A stretch of 63,963 nt of DNA, filler included, from Intoshia linei (GCA_001642005.1; 9 parts of 9 records of this genome joined end to end with filler, not necessarily neighbours in it); one strand, 5' to 3'. Numbered from the whole stretch's first letter, positions 29,399 to 43,663 are shown. Numbers and translations: made by a program. Notes: a model not told the origin generated them from the sequence alone.

Positions 29399-29988
29399 AT
29401 GGCAAAAAAACGTAAATCTAATAAAAAAAGAGTAAAGAAGCCAAAAATCATTTTGGATAAAATATTCGATTGTCCATTCTGCAATCACGAAAAATGTTGC
29501 TCAGTTAAATTGTAATCAAGTTTATATTTTAGTATTTACCATATATTAGAGATAAAGACACAAACAGCGGAGCTATACATTGCACAATTTGCCTAGAATC
29601 TTACCACACATCAACTCATTGTAATTTATTTATCTCTAGTTTTGTGATTGTCAATTTTAACCTCGAATAAGTACCAAAACGCCTCGACAAATTTTTTTGT
29701 AAAATGGAGCTTCATTTTCCAGATTAAGCATTAAAAAATTATCTTCTTGAATATCATAACTATTTTGTGTTAAATTTCAAATGTCAAGTCAAGAGCCTTG
29801 TAGAGATAGCTAGATGTTATATGAAAACTCATTGTTTTTTTAATGCCAATCTTTAAGCAGCCTATTTTTCATTTATTATTAGTAGTGTTTTTAGTATATT
29901 TCATAATTAATTGAACTTTTTAGATCTTACAGAACCAGTCGACGTTTATTGTGATTGGATAGACGCATGTGAAGCAGCAAATTCATGA
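29399..29988 (+). CDS. ELOF1: transcription elongation factor 1 homolog (3 exons)
   Basis: MAKKRKS..FDCPFCNHEKCC..CTICLESY..LTEPVDVYCDWIDACEAANS*; absent from the ORF track. Confidence 0.95.
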
Positions 29989-30250
29989 ACCAATTATTTA
30001 TTTTACTTTGTAAAGTAAATGATAATTCTGTACATTTAATGTTATTTATGTTTATAATAAATAAATATTAGTTATTTTATCTAATTCGATGAAATTAATT
30101 CATGTCTTTATATCGTATTCCTATCGATTTGCACTACATTTTGTATTTTGTAAACAAAAATTCATTTATCATAGTTTTGTTAAAATTTAAATTGCACAGA
30201 AAAGTCACAAAAGGATTCGGTAACGATATAGATTTGCATGTTATCTAAAT

Positions 30251-30775
30251 CGATGCTTCTCACACTTTTTAACTCACGACCCTTTTTCATCTAATAAAAT
30301 TATTCGCGACTCCTGTTCATAAAAATAATATACATGTCATTAAAAAAATTACTAGTTAATAGCCTAAAAATGTACATAAAATAATTGGAAATGAAGACAC
30401 GAAAATAACGCTTATCAATAAAATAAAAATAATTATATAGATTTTAATGATACATATGTACGTAATTTGTTGCTTATTACATAATAAATTAAATTTAGGC
30501 TTAAGGTTTGTGACTGTTGATTTTAGAACCATTTCTATATCCTTAAGAAGAGAACGATATTTTGTCTTTATTGCGGCATATTTGAAAAGGCTGATTCACA
30601 TACTTAAGTGGTAAAAAACGGAAAAAGAATCGTTATAGCTATTTTTGATAGAGATGGAAATTCTTTCTCCATTAAAAGCCAAAAAATATCTAATGATTTC
30701 TGTTTAAATAGAATTTTAAAACATGCTATGTACGCTGATAAACCTATTGAATTTTTTGAAAGAAAATTAGAATCA
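30251..30775 (+). mobile_element. left end of a hAT Buster-like element
   Basis: Long subterminal inverted repeat matching ~45100-45270; degenerate N-terminal transposase (KHAMYADKPIEFFERKL). Confidence 0.75.
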
Positions 30776-33700
30776 NNNNNNNNNNNNNNNNNNNNNNNNN
30801 NNNNNNNNNNNNNNNNNNNTTAATTAATTAANNNNNNNNNNNNNNNNNNNNNNNNNNNNNNNNNNNNNNNNNNNNTCAACCAATATTTTTCAAATATTTT
30901 CATTAAAATAAAAATTGAAAATGTAAATATTGATCCTATAATTTCAAAACAAATGTTTATTGAACGTCTACACATTTCCAATAAAAAAATATGGGTGAAA
31001 ATGTATATAATTCATTCCTTCGGAATTTTTTTCATTGCTACACACACACCATAACTCGCGTAGCATATTATATAAGTAATTAAAAAATTGTGCATCAATT
31101 ACAGTATTCACTTAAATAAATCTCCTCATTTGGGTGTACGAGTAATTTTTATTTTTATTTTTTAAATATTAAATGTTTTCGAATTTAATCATTGTTTATA
31201 AAGAAGTAATATTTTTTAACAAGTGCCAGTTTAATTTGCTCGGCACTGTATATGGAATGATTATCATTTAACTTTTTATTCCTTATTTAAATTATAATCG
31301 ATATTGAATGTATTGGTATTTTTGGTAACGTCAATAATTATTCACATTAAATGTTAATTAATATTTTAGTCAGTACTTTATCAAAATTTATTCTTTTCGA
31401 TAATTTATTAAAAAATGTATATTATTATACTTAAATTTATAGAAAACAGTATATTTTTATTTTTACAATTGTGTATTTAGAAAATATTATTCCATTTTTA
31501 GTTTGTAATGAATACGTTATTAAATATTAATAATTTAATCCTTCGAAGCTATCGATCTGATTAGCCAAAGTATTTATATAAATATTTAATTGTACATTGT
31601 AATCACAAACTTCAGTGGTTGATATTAAAGTGAACGGTGTCCCAGGATGCCGGAGCTTTATTATTACAAATACATGTAATAATATTGATATCAAATGAAT
31701 ATTACATTAATATTAATATTACAATTTATATTACAATTTACATTTTATAAAAATTTAATTAGGGGTGTGATTTTTTACCCTTTTTTTTTTGGAATTTTTG
31801 TGGTCCAAATACTGATAAAGTTGCGTATGATAGTTATATGATAATCGTGAAAAAAAGAAAAAATTTTTAGATGAAGAGCTTGCCATTATTACGTAAAAAA
31901 AAGTTAAATTTTAATTATTTTAGAAGATTTTCAACATTTTTCAGTTATTTTACAAAACATTAATTAAAACTTTTTTTAAAAATTTAGAGGTGCAACTGAA
32001 CCTTCTGCACACCCTTGAATCCGCCCTGATTAATATAATTTTTTGGAATTGTCATTTTTTATCAATTGCTCAATTTTATCCGACCTTGGACATAATTTAT
32101 AAAACTTTGGAACACCCCTATTGGTCATGTGGTTATAATGAATATATTAGGATCTTGTTTGTTCGAAGTACATAACAGTCAAGTTAGTAGGTTAAATAAA
32201 TCATTTTTCTGGTCACTAACACGTTTCTATAATTTTAAAATATAATTTGCATAGAATAATGAAAAGTTGTTTTATATTTTATTTGCAAAATAATATTTAG
32301 AAAATATTTTCTCATTATTTATTTTATTTCTTCCTTCGAAATTGGAAATAAATAAAGCATGGTGGGACTGCGATACGTTACAACGAGTTTTGACAGTGTC
32401 AACTTGATACCTTAATATTTTATTATTATAAATTATAGTGCATAATGATTACATTTAATTTTTGAACTACATAAAAAAAATTTAGTTAATTTTTTCATCT
32501 AATCATTCGTCAATAAAAGGATTCAATTTATTATATAATTAAGCATATAATTGTATATTGTAAATACACATTTAGCTGGTATTTAAAAAAAACATGTTTA
32601 TTATTATTAACAATTAATATTATGAATGTGTAAAATAATGTGTAATATAGTCTGTAAATATTATAGTTATTCAATATTGTTTAACAAGTATTAAATATAT
32701 CATTATTAATACAATAACAATCTAATTGATTAAATATTTCAGATTGTAAATTCATGTTTATTTCGGCTGATCAAAAGGTCATTTAGAAATAAATAATATT
32801 ATTTTTTTTCATTTCTAAGCATTTATTTCAAATTTATAAAAATTTTCTAAAATCAATATTATCATTGATCAACATATTTGTCAACATACATATCAGATTA
32901 TATGTAAAACTTACTTGCAAACTCATACATTTTAAAATATTTAAATCATGGTGGTATCAATACACCATACGATATATGCTTAATAAGCTGAATTCATCTA
33001 AAACTTTTAGTCGGTATCAATAAAATCATAAACAAATGTAATAAAATTAATTTAGAGGAATCAAAAATAGTATTCAAAAGAAATGAGTGAAATATGTGAA
33101 TAGCGACAAAATTATAAAAATTAATAAATAAATATTAATACATACGCAGTACTCAATCTTTACTATATATAATGTATATAATACTATTTAGCTTGACTGC
33201 TATATACTTTGTATAAACAGTAGCTCTGCCGAGGGCGGACTTTATTACCGGAATGAATTGACCAAATTAATCGATGAGTTTTGGAAGACATAGGAAATGT
33301 GGCGCATGGTATGTAAAAGGTTGGCCACCTCTGAGTTACACACTGACACATATTTTTTAGCATTTTTATCATTATCATACATTTTACTTGTAATTAAAAA
33401 CAAGTTTAATTAGCAGTAGAAATAATAAAATTAGCAGTAGATTTATAAAACTGGCAGTAACATTTAACACAAATTGACAGTATTATATTTAAATTTAACA
33501 ATAATATTGTTGATTTTTACAAAATTTTGCAATGATTTAAACTTTAAGGGCACAATTTTGTAATTTAAATTAGAGTATATGAGATAGAAAAAAAGTGGAT
33601 AGTGTTCATGGTCATTATTAAACTTTTTAACAAAAGTCCAGTCTGACACAACTCTAACCTTGTTGATTTGTGTAGTAATTAGCACAATGATATCTTTAAA

Positions 33701-34116
33701 CGAAGAATTACTTTCATAATAATCAATAATTATTATAATCATGCTTAATTTAACGATAATATTAGTTTACGCGGTAACTGCTAGTTTAAATGTATCCCAT
33801 TAAAAACATATGTATAAATATCTCTAACAATACTTTTGTTAATGATATATATTATACCAGTTTTTTATCTAAAATTTTATAATTTGTAGTGTTTGTACAA
33901 TAAAAATATTAAAACAAGCAAACTGTAATAATACATTTCTTATAATTATCATTTATATTTATATTACTATTGATAATATTTAAATTTCCGTAATATTAAT
34001 TTTTACTACTACATGTGTATAATGTTTTTATTTACTCCGAGGTTTAATCGCCATCATTATTATAAAATTCATTTTAAAATTACAAACCAAATTTATTATT
34101 TTAATTGAAAAGTAAA

Positions 34117-35547
34117 ATGAAAATACATTTTTCCATTATAAAAATAATCGCATATGCCATTATTTTACCAAAGTTGTTCTTTAGTCAACAATGTAATGTT
34201 TCAAATTGTCGTTTGTGTAGAAAAGACAATAGTAATAAATGTTTGAGATGTAATGATAGCTTTACTCCATCAAGTGACCGATCAATATGCGACTGTAATT
34301 TTTTCATGTTATCATTAAATTCTATAAAATTTTTACTTCTTATAATATAACGGTTTCCCCAACCTTTTAGAAGCCAATTGAATGATCTTTTTTAATAATG
34401 ATTAAAATTTTATTTTATTTTAATTTAAAATCATCATTATTTTAAACATCTGAACATGAAAACATCCAGTTTTTTTTAATAACACGTCACAGATTTAATA
34501 ATTGAATCTAGAACCTCAATTTATTTAATTATTGCAAATTGCAATAATGGTATCAGTATGAGTGTAATCGTATAAGAAATGCTAACAAATTTCAAATGTT
34601 AGTAAACATATATTACCTGAACACTGAAAAAAATTTATTTCGTAGTTAAAGGATTAATTAATATTTAAATAATAATATTAATAACTGTCATTTATGTAGT
34701 TACATACATTTAAACCAGTGATTCCCAACCTGTGGGTATTTACCCACGACTGGGCAATTTGATATTTTTCATGGGTAATCTCGAAATTTGTTCTAAAAAA
34801 ATAGGAATTTTTTTATTTTTTAGCGTCGCGTGCACAGTAACGTATGAAATATAATTTTTACCATTGAGTCCTTCAGTGTCAAAAACACAATTTCCCCTTT
34901 ATTTTACTATTTTGTAAAATTAGTTTTTTAAAAAATTTTAATTTAAGTTTACTATTAAAGAATTTATATGGTTTATTCTAAAAACCTGACTAATGTAGTA
35001 AAAAAGGTTGGGAAACACAGATCTAAACTAATATATAAAATTGATTCACTCTTAAATGAATTACCGTTATTATATAAAATCAAATAATTATTGTCTAATT
35101 TGTACCTTACGTCTAATAAAATCAAAAAATCTATCAAATTTAAACCATTTCGATAAAAGTTGAAAAAATGTATAACATGCGTTGATTATTCTTTATGTTG
35201 GATTTTAAATGTTGTCTATTTTTTAAATATTAATACTTAATTTAAAAAAAATTTGGATGATAAATAATTTTTTGTCATGGGATTATATTTTCGTTTTTTT
35301 GTTTAGATTGCACTGTAAAAAAATATCTCAGAAATTCTTTAAAAAATCTATGATTAGAGTAAATTTTGCCATTTTTTTTTAAAAAGATAATTATATAATT
35401 ATAATTAATTCGAATAAAATGAATAATATTTAATTATAGATTGTGATAGGATAATTCCAAATTGTCAAGCATGCAGTACCACGAAATCAGAATGTCTCAG
35501 GTGTTTTCTTAGTTATGTTAAGGCAATTGACATTTAAAAATGTGTTA
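34117..35547 (+). pseudogene. secreted CxxC (furin-like/VSP-like) repeat protein; exon 2 has an in-frame TAA
   Basis: Exon 1 34117-34294: signal-like N-terminus plus CNVSNCRLC..KCLRCNDSF..C; exon 2 35440-35547 (108 nt, phase 1-1) CDRIIPNCQAC..ECLRC..I*KCV. Confidence 0.55.
34716..35020. mobile_element. hAT Charlie-type MITE
   Basis: CAGTGATTCCCAACC ... GGTTGGGAAACACAG; TSD ATTTAAAC / ATCTAAAC. Confidence 0.8.
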
Positions 35548-38133
35548 GTAAGTCTCTTAAGCATATATAATGTTATATTGTTACATTACATTACAAATTG
35601 TACACTATTAATGTACAATTTACATTGTTACACATAAATTATATTGTACTAGGTAGACTTTTATGTACTACGTACAAACAGCACCTAGGTCTGCCGAGGG
35701 CACATTTGTATTGTACCAAAAAAATAAATTCACGTTGATAATATAACTGAAAAGTCCTACTATTCATTATTATCAATCCTTTAAAGGAGTGATTCCCAAA
35801 CTTGTTTCAGGTGAAGGTCATAACATATTACTTTTTATTTTAAAGTCAATTATTTCATCTTAATTTTGTTTTGTTAACATTTGCGTAAAGAATTTTAAAA
35901 ACAATTGTTATCCCATTTTTTTAATTTATTAGACAGAATGTGTGTATAATATTAAAAATAAAGTAAAAACAGTGTAATCCTCAAAATNTAACATTTGCGT
36001 AAAGAATTTTAAAAACAATTGTTATCCCATTTTTTTAATTTATTAGACAGAATGTGTGTATAATATTAAAAATAAAGTAAAAACAGTCCAATCCTAAAAA
36101 TTGTCATAAATAGCATAAATTTCAGAAAAAATAAAATTATAAAAATCTATTTTGTCATTTTCAATGTGATGATATATATTCAGTACCAATTTAATAAATA
36201 CTTAAAAATACCAATTATGTATCAATAATTAACGGAGTCAGAACTTTATAAACAATATTGCAAAGGATTGTAATAAATATAAAAATGATATTAACAAAAT
36301 TGTTTTAGTTTCGTTGTTTAGTTTTTATTTAAATTTGTATTCAAAATATTTTAAAAATGAGAATTTGAATTTTAAAAATTGCGTAGCAATGAAAAAAATT
36401 ACGAAGGAATGAATTATATAGATTTTCACCCATATCTCTTTATTGGAAATGTGTAGACGTTTACTGCATATTTATTTTTGAAATTGTAGGATCGATATTT
36501 ACATTTTCAATTTTTATTTTAATCGAAATATTTTGAAAAATATTGGTTGATAATATATTAAAAATTATTTTTGACCGGGAATGCGTAGATTTCTGGTATT
36601 GTAATTTTGTATTTATATTAACTGGAATAAAAACAACTGAGATAAAATTTCGAATAAGATAATCCTGAGATTTAAATACTTTAATTTAAAAAAATTACAA
36701 TATTTTATATTATTAATTTTCAAGTATTAAGTTATGCAGGATTATTATTATAGGGTTTAATAAATTTATAAACAACCATTACATTGTTATAATTTTTGAA
36801 ATCCAGTTGAACCTTGACATGTTGATGCTTATTTGTATCCAAACAATTAATTTAATATAATTTGATTATAATCAAATAATTATCCCACTGATATCAAAAA
36901 TTATTAATAGATAGTAATTAAAACCAATAGATAAATAAATAATAAATAAAATACTAGATAGTCTGTTGTGTAATTGGTACGAACGGTAGTTCCTACCTAA
37001 AGGGTTCTACCATATATTTATATCAATCTATAATTTTAAAATTTATTAAACGTATCGAATTTTTTAAAATGTTAAAAATTTACTGTGTATTTTGTTTTAC
37101 TCTTCTGCAATAAATCACACACAATATTAAGTCATGGATTGATTACACTTATGCGATATTAATAATATAAACATCGTAAATTTTATACACTTTTTAATTT
37201 ATTTTTAATTTTCAGTTTAAATTAGAATGTTAATTATTATTTTGATATTAAATTTTAATTTTAAACCTGAAAATTTGCATTATTTTAAACAATTAATTTT
37301 TAGTTTGTAAATTTTTTGCTTTTAATTAAAAGAATTACAAAATTAATCATTACTCATCATAATATCACACTGAAGGTGGAGAATTTATCATTCCAAACAC
37401 CCCTTAAATATTATTATTTATTAAAAAAGATTTTTTATGGTAAAAACCATTTTTTGTTTATATACAATTTGTGTTTATTTATTTTTTTATTTCTCCTTTA
37501 TGGTCCGTTTAGTATTTGTTTTATCAAGATTTTTTAAAAATCGAATTTATAATGATTGGTATTACAGACATGAATCTAAATTTTAGATGGTAAAATTTAT
37601 TCATTATTAATACCTATTTTACATTTTACCAATTACCTTACTTGTATAATATGCTATAAAATATTTGTTGGTGTGTGTCTTACCGTTTATTTCAATAACT
37701 ATCAGTCTTAGATTTTTATAAAGTCCATATTTCATTTACAATTTTTTCCGGCAGTATTAGCAAAATAAAGTCAGATTTTTCAGTGAAAAAGTAAGATAAA
37801 TTTCAATCTCAGAAACTTATATCTTCACGATCAAAAACCCCATTTATCATTTTTTTAAAAAATAAAAATAATTCTATATAATAAAATGTATATAAAAATA
37901 TTTTATTTAAAAAAATTATAATAATTTTAATAATTTTCAAACAGTTATCTCCAAAAATGAATACAAAAAATATTAATCTTAATTTATTTTAAAAATATTA
38001 ATCCATAATTGTTATTTTTCCAATTTTGTGGCTACTAAAATTTAACTAGAATGTATTCAAATTACAATTGAAATATTTATAGTTTGTAATATTATTATGT
38101 TTATCCTACTTATATAAAATAAAAAGTGTCAGT

Positions 38134-38555
38134 TAGGGATTTTTACGATTTCCCGGGATTTCCCAAAAAAATTGAGACATATTTGTATTTGATTCATGTT
38201 TGTTGAGTTGATGTTGAGTTGTTACGAACTGGAACGCTATCGTCAAGATTGTTACAATTAAAGGAAGCCATTATGACCGTTCAACCTACGTCAACACAAA
38301 ATGAAAGAAATTTCTCTACTGCTTCTAATTTCGTTACAAAACGTAGAACGCGTTTAAATAACGAATCTATCAATATTATGTGTGTTTTGAAACACTTTTT
38401 CAACAATCTAAAATAAATACATTTTTTTCTAATTAAATTTCTTTTTGTTTCTAAAATTAATTAAGGTCTCTAAAATTTTTATTTTTCCCGGGAAATTTAA
38501 TTTTTAATTTCCCGGTTCTCGACTTTTGTCGTTTCCCGTGAAATGACAATCACTA
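38134..38555 (+). mobile_element. Ac-like hAT internal-deletion derivative carrying the dimerisation domain
   Basis: TIR TAGGGATT / AATCACTA; perfect 8-bp TSD GTGTCAGT; ORF with QPTSTQNERNFSTA..KRRTRL. Confidence 0.88.
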
Positions 38556-39049
38556 GTGTCAGTATTTTAAATTTTTTTAGGTTAGTATTTTTTTTACTGA
38601 CAATTTAATATTATTACTGTCAGTTTAATATTTTTACTGATGATTTAATTTTTTACTGACAAAATATTATTTTATAAAATGTGTTTATTTCTATATNNNN
38701 NNNNNNNNNNNNNNNNNNNNNNNNNNNNNNNNNNNNNNNNTTAATTAATTAANNNNNNNNNNNNNNNNNNNNNNNNNNNNNNNNNNNNNNNNNNNNCAAA
38801 AGAACGTAAAATTGGAGCGGCAAATTTTAGGTACATCAAATTAAATGAGTTAAAATATAAATTTATAAAATTGACGTCAAAAATATGAATATAAATTATT
38901 TTTTTAAAAAGTAAATTAATTACTAAGACAATAATTCATCCGATTTAAATAATAAACTTTTATAAAATCTAGCGGTTGTCTATAGTTTTGCTAGAATCTA
39001 GCAATTTTTGGCAACTCTGTCGGTAAGTCACATCATAATGCCTCTGATA

Positions 39050-40650
39050 CTAAATACAGTTTGTAAAGATTTATTATGCATTAATATAGACAATTCTTCC
39101 TGATATTTGATATTTACATTTAATAAGTCCACCAAAAAAGGTTGTGTCAACCACAATGGAAAATGCATAAGTTAAAACGTATATTAAAATCATTTTTCAT
39201 TATTTTTAAATGATTTAATATAGTTTTTTACTAATTCTGTAACAGGATTTATTTAACCAAAAGAAATGACAATAATTATAATTATTGGATGAAATATTTT
39301 CTATATAAACATCTAATAGTGACATAAATCCAAATATTTGATTTTTTGATTATACCAGAGTCTTATCTCTTTCTAGTAGATTCTCATTCACATGTCAATG
39401 TATTTAATTTTTTAAATATATCAGTTAAATAGCTCATATGTTTTTCCATCAGTAGTCAGAAGGTCTAATTCAGGTTTATTTTCTAAAAATTGACTGATAA
39501 AACCAAATAACTCCATAAACCCCTTTAAAAAATTCCCTTTGATAGCCATCTAATATCAGTGTATAACAATAATTGCACATGTTCTTCATTATTATCAATA
39601 CAGAATTTTTTGAAAAGGCGTTCATATTCAGCATTTCTTAGAATTTATGCAACTTATTATCGAATGAAGAATTCTATGTAAAATTGGACATAACTTTTTA
39701 GCAATTAAATTTTCTCTATGTATTATATAATGCACAATCAACATATTGGGATTTTGATCTTTAATTATATTCAAGCAACCATTTTTTCACCCCATCATAA
39801 CGGGTGACCCATCTGCTGCACATGAAGTTATGTTTTGGTATATTTTTTTCATTCAAATAATCATTTAACTTCTTAAATATATCACCTGAAGTTATGGTCG
39901 TATCCAAAGATTTACAAAATAACATTTCTTCTTTGAATTGTTCTTGGTCAATATATCTCACATAAACCATTAAAAGAGCTTCACTGTCACGAAAAGTTGA
40001 CTCATCCATTTGTAATGAAAATTTCCTCGTTTTTAATTTATCAATGAATTGTTCTGCAATGCACTTGATTATATCATCAATTCTATTACTGATGATGTTG
40101 TTACTCAATGGCATTTGTTCAACAACATTTTAAGTTTTAACAAATGATGAAATTGCAGGCTCTATTAATTATTACATATTATATTATTAATTTTTCAGCT
40201 ATTGTATGACTCTTTCCATTTTTTGATATCCACAGAGCAATTTCATAACTAGATTTAAGCATTCGATTAATTTGTACAAATTTTACTTTCAACGATTTAA
40301 AATAGTCTATTGAATTTTCATTGTTAGAATGTTTCGATTCCAAATGAGAGAGAAGACGACCCGGTTTTATTGACTCATTGGATAANCAAATTTTACTTTC
40401 AACGATTTAAAATAGTCTATTGAATTTTCATTGTTAGAATGTCGATTTCGATTCCAAATGAGAGAGAAGACGACCCGGTTTTATTGACTCATTGGATAAT
40501 GTTTTTTCACATAACAGACAAAAATGTAAGTGTTTATCAATAATACAAGCTATGAAACCATAGTTCAAAAATTTATCTGAATATTGGCGAACCCTTGTTT
40601 TATTGGTGTACTCATTATAGTTATATAAATTAATTTCTCTAAAATACAAT
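39050..40650 (-). mobile_element. decayed hAT Buster/SCAND3-like transposase
   Basis: RQYSDKFLNYGF, CLLCEKTLSNESIKP, MPLSNN, FSLQMDESTF, EEMLFC, IRWLSKG; many disablements. Confidence 0.9.
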
Positions 40651-41804
40651 AAAAAAAATTAAAAATTAATATTAACCTGTATAATGAAAATAATGTAAAA
40701 TAAAATGCAAACTTTTTTTAGTTTTTTTAGACAAACATATAAACGTAAGTGTTATATTTTTGTACTAAACTTTAATCTAACGTGGCACTAATATTTCTTA
40801 GAAACACAAAAACTAAATGAATGTAAAACTTTAAAAAAACAATTTGGTGATGCGATTATTTTAATTTGTTAGAGAGAATAATCTTAAAAGTAAAGCATAA
40901 AAATTGAGCATTACAAAAATGTCAAGTCAAGAATATTAGAGGTTGTTAAGGAAATCGTTTTGATCGTTTTATAAATTTTTTATGGCATATATTTCATTTT
41001 AGGTAGGCTGAACATATTTTTGTTGTACTAAAAGTAGTACTTTTATTGCTTAGAAACAAAATATGTATTTGATTAATTTTTCATTAGAAATGTAATGATA
41101 ATATCATTATACTAAACTTTAACCAAAACAGTTACCATTGTAAATATTGTATACATTTATTATCGTAATCAGAAACATAATTTGTATTTCACTGATTAAA
41201 CATCTTCATTTTCACTACAAGAAAAATGAAAATTTAAGTTAAATTTCAATTTATAAGTTTATTTAGTTTTGAAAGGTACGACTTTGGAACAGTGCCATAA
41301 AGTAATACTTCTGGTCGAACTATTTTAAGGTGTGTTTCGCTGTGCATAAAATCTGACTCAGCTTTATTTACATTTAAATTAATTGTTAAATGTTAATTGA
41401 AATTTTAAACGTTTGTTAAAATTAAATACGAATTAAACCTAAATGTTAAATGATATTAATACTATCAATACATGTAGTTAATTAGAATACTAACATGTAA
41501 ATAAAATATTTAATGAACGAACTGAAAGAAATATCCAAGACATTAAAATACACTGGGAAAATAATGTAAATATTTTAAACGGTAGTAAAGTAACATTGCT
41601 ACCTAGTGAACATACAAACGTTTGAAATGTACAATTGCCATGCCGTTCAATGTATATTTATTTTATTGAATTTGAATGTGAATAAAAACATTATACAACT
41701 GCTAAGTTTATCTATAGAAATACTCAATTTTTGGACGAATCAAATACATTACTTGATTCAAATTAAAGATTCTAGTTTTATAACACTATCGGCTTACATT
41801 AATT

Positions 41805-43663
41805 ATGAGCAATTTATTAAATAAACCAGGAAATATACTCGACGACAGCGGAAATTTAGCTGTGAACCCTAATGATTGGTTTGACGAATTTGAAGAATAC
41901 TGGACACTTTTATGCATTACAAATAACAAATGGGACTCTGCGTCTAAAAAAATATTAATGAAGCATCTTTTAGGACAAAAGGCTAAGGAAAGGCTGAAAA
42001 TAAACGGAATTGATTTAAACTGTGTGAGTATTGATTGCATCAAGAAGAATGTTTTATCGTGGAAGAGTACCAACATATCCTTAAATAGATTGAATTTCTT
42101 GAATGCCATGCGCAAGTGTGACGAATCCATGAGTGTGTTTATTGATCGACTCGTTTTTCTTGCTAAAGGGTGTAATTACAAATCATATACAAGGGACATG
42201 ATTCGTGATAAATCCATTCACGGGTGTAATAATGAAAAATTACAAAATTTCCTCGTTCAAAAACAAAATTTAAATTTGTACGAAGTAGTTCAGGTAGCAA
42301 AAACGTATATGAATAAACCTCAAAAAATTATTAAAATATTACGACCAGTACACCAGAAACGAATAACGGTAGCGACGACCCCAGTGATTAGAAATTTGGA
42401 ATCTGATAAACTCTGTGAAAAAAAACCAGATCCTTATTTGTCCAATTTAATTTCATCTAATGGTATAATAATCAATTCAACCAATCAAAAAAAATTTAAA
42501 TTTCATATGAAAACAAATAACAAATCAAGTATATCTTTTGCTAGAGATGTGAAATCTGCTGTAAGCGATATACCACATTCTAATACACTAACCTGCAGTC
42601 AAAAACCAAAATTGGTAGACATGGAAAACACTGATGAAACTTATTCAGAAGATACTGATGAATTAACCTCGGATTCAAATATTGAAATCAACACACCTAA
42701 GGACATGTCAAACTTCAAATCAATTAAAGTGTATGAAAAGTGGCACAGAAAGTTTCTTATTTTTATTAGTGAAAACAAATTACCCGAAACTTTGGATAGT
42801 ATAATTAAATATTTTATCGAAATATCAAAAATATATTCAACTTCAACTCTTTGGCAAGCCTATAGTTGCCTCAATAAACATTACGGAATGAATAAGTCAT
42901 GGGCTTCATTTAATGATTGTATTATTCTCAAAAACATTATTAGAAATAGTCCTAATGAATCGTTTGTTAAAAAACAGTCTAGAATTTTGACTAAAGATCA
43001 AATCATTCAATTTATTTCAATTTCATCTGAACATCCAAAATTTTTGGTTAGAAAAGCAATAGCTATTATTGGTTATTATGGCGGTTTAAGTTGCACAGAT
43101 TTGACACACTTGACATTTTCCGATGTTATCGTGAAATCAAAGAATATTAAAATATTTATTCGTAAAAGAAATTTTGATTCCAGCGATAATGTAAATTTTT
43201 ACTTCTTAATTCCTAAATCTGAAATGTATGCCCAATATTGCCCTTTTGATATTTTAAAACAATATATTAATGCTAGTAGTAGAAAAACTACTCGATTTTT
43301 TCAAAATTATAATATCAAGACAAACGATTTTGTTGGTCAGCCTATGGGTAAAAATACAGTCTCGTCTATTCCAAAGTTTATTGCAACAAGCTTGAATTTA
43401 GAAAATCCTGAAATGTACACCGGGTATTGCTTTAAAAGATCAGCAGCATGTGGCTATTTTGATGAGGGTTTATATTTTTGTTGTATGTTTAGATTAAATT
43501 TAATTATTGTTTAGATGGCATGACAGTTTCGTTAAAGAGGAAATATCATAATGATATTTATAAATCAACTAAAAGGACGAAAAATTATGTTGCAGACACG
43601 ATAGAACAAGATTTGAAGGTTTATAATTCTCTGAATGTAAAGATGGTTGATGAAAATCAATAA
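41805..43663 (+). CDS. Gag/capsid-like plus Crypton-type tyrosine-recombinase-like fusion protein (~603 aa; predicted intron 43468-43514)
   Basis: N-terminal F..AMRKCDESMSVFIDRLVFLAKGCNY..DMIRD..IHGCN (retrotransposon Gag-like); C-terminal STLW..YSCL, ILTKDQI, QPMGKNTV..IPKFIA..LNL.NPEMYTGYCFKRSAA (Crypton-like YR); exon 2 continues LKR..KS..NYVAD. Confidence 0.75.

Noticed and set aside
35535-35537. TAA reassignment (alternative genetic code)
   Set aside because: TAA terminates GLS, CtBP, LSM2, EMRE and others, and conserved exons contain no internal TAA
35877-36100. Tandem duplication around a single N (also ~40278-40500 and ~60925-61258)
   Set aside because: Near-identical overlaps separated by one N are typical of unmerged contig or haplotype overlaps
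41805-43514. Bacterial or phage integrase, i.e. contamination or a prophage
   Set aside because: Motifs are Crypton-like, the composition matches the host, a spliceosomal-type intron is predicted and the contig carries eukaryotic transposons
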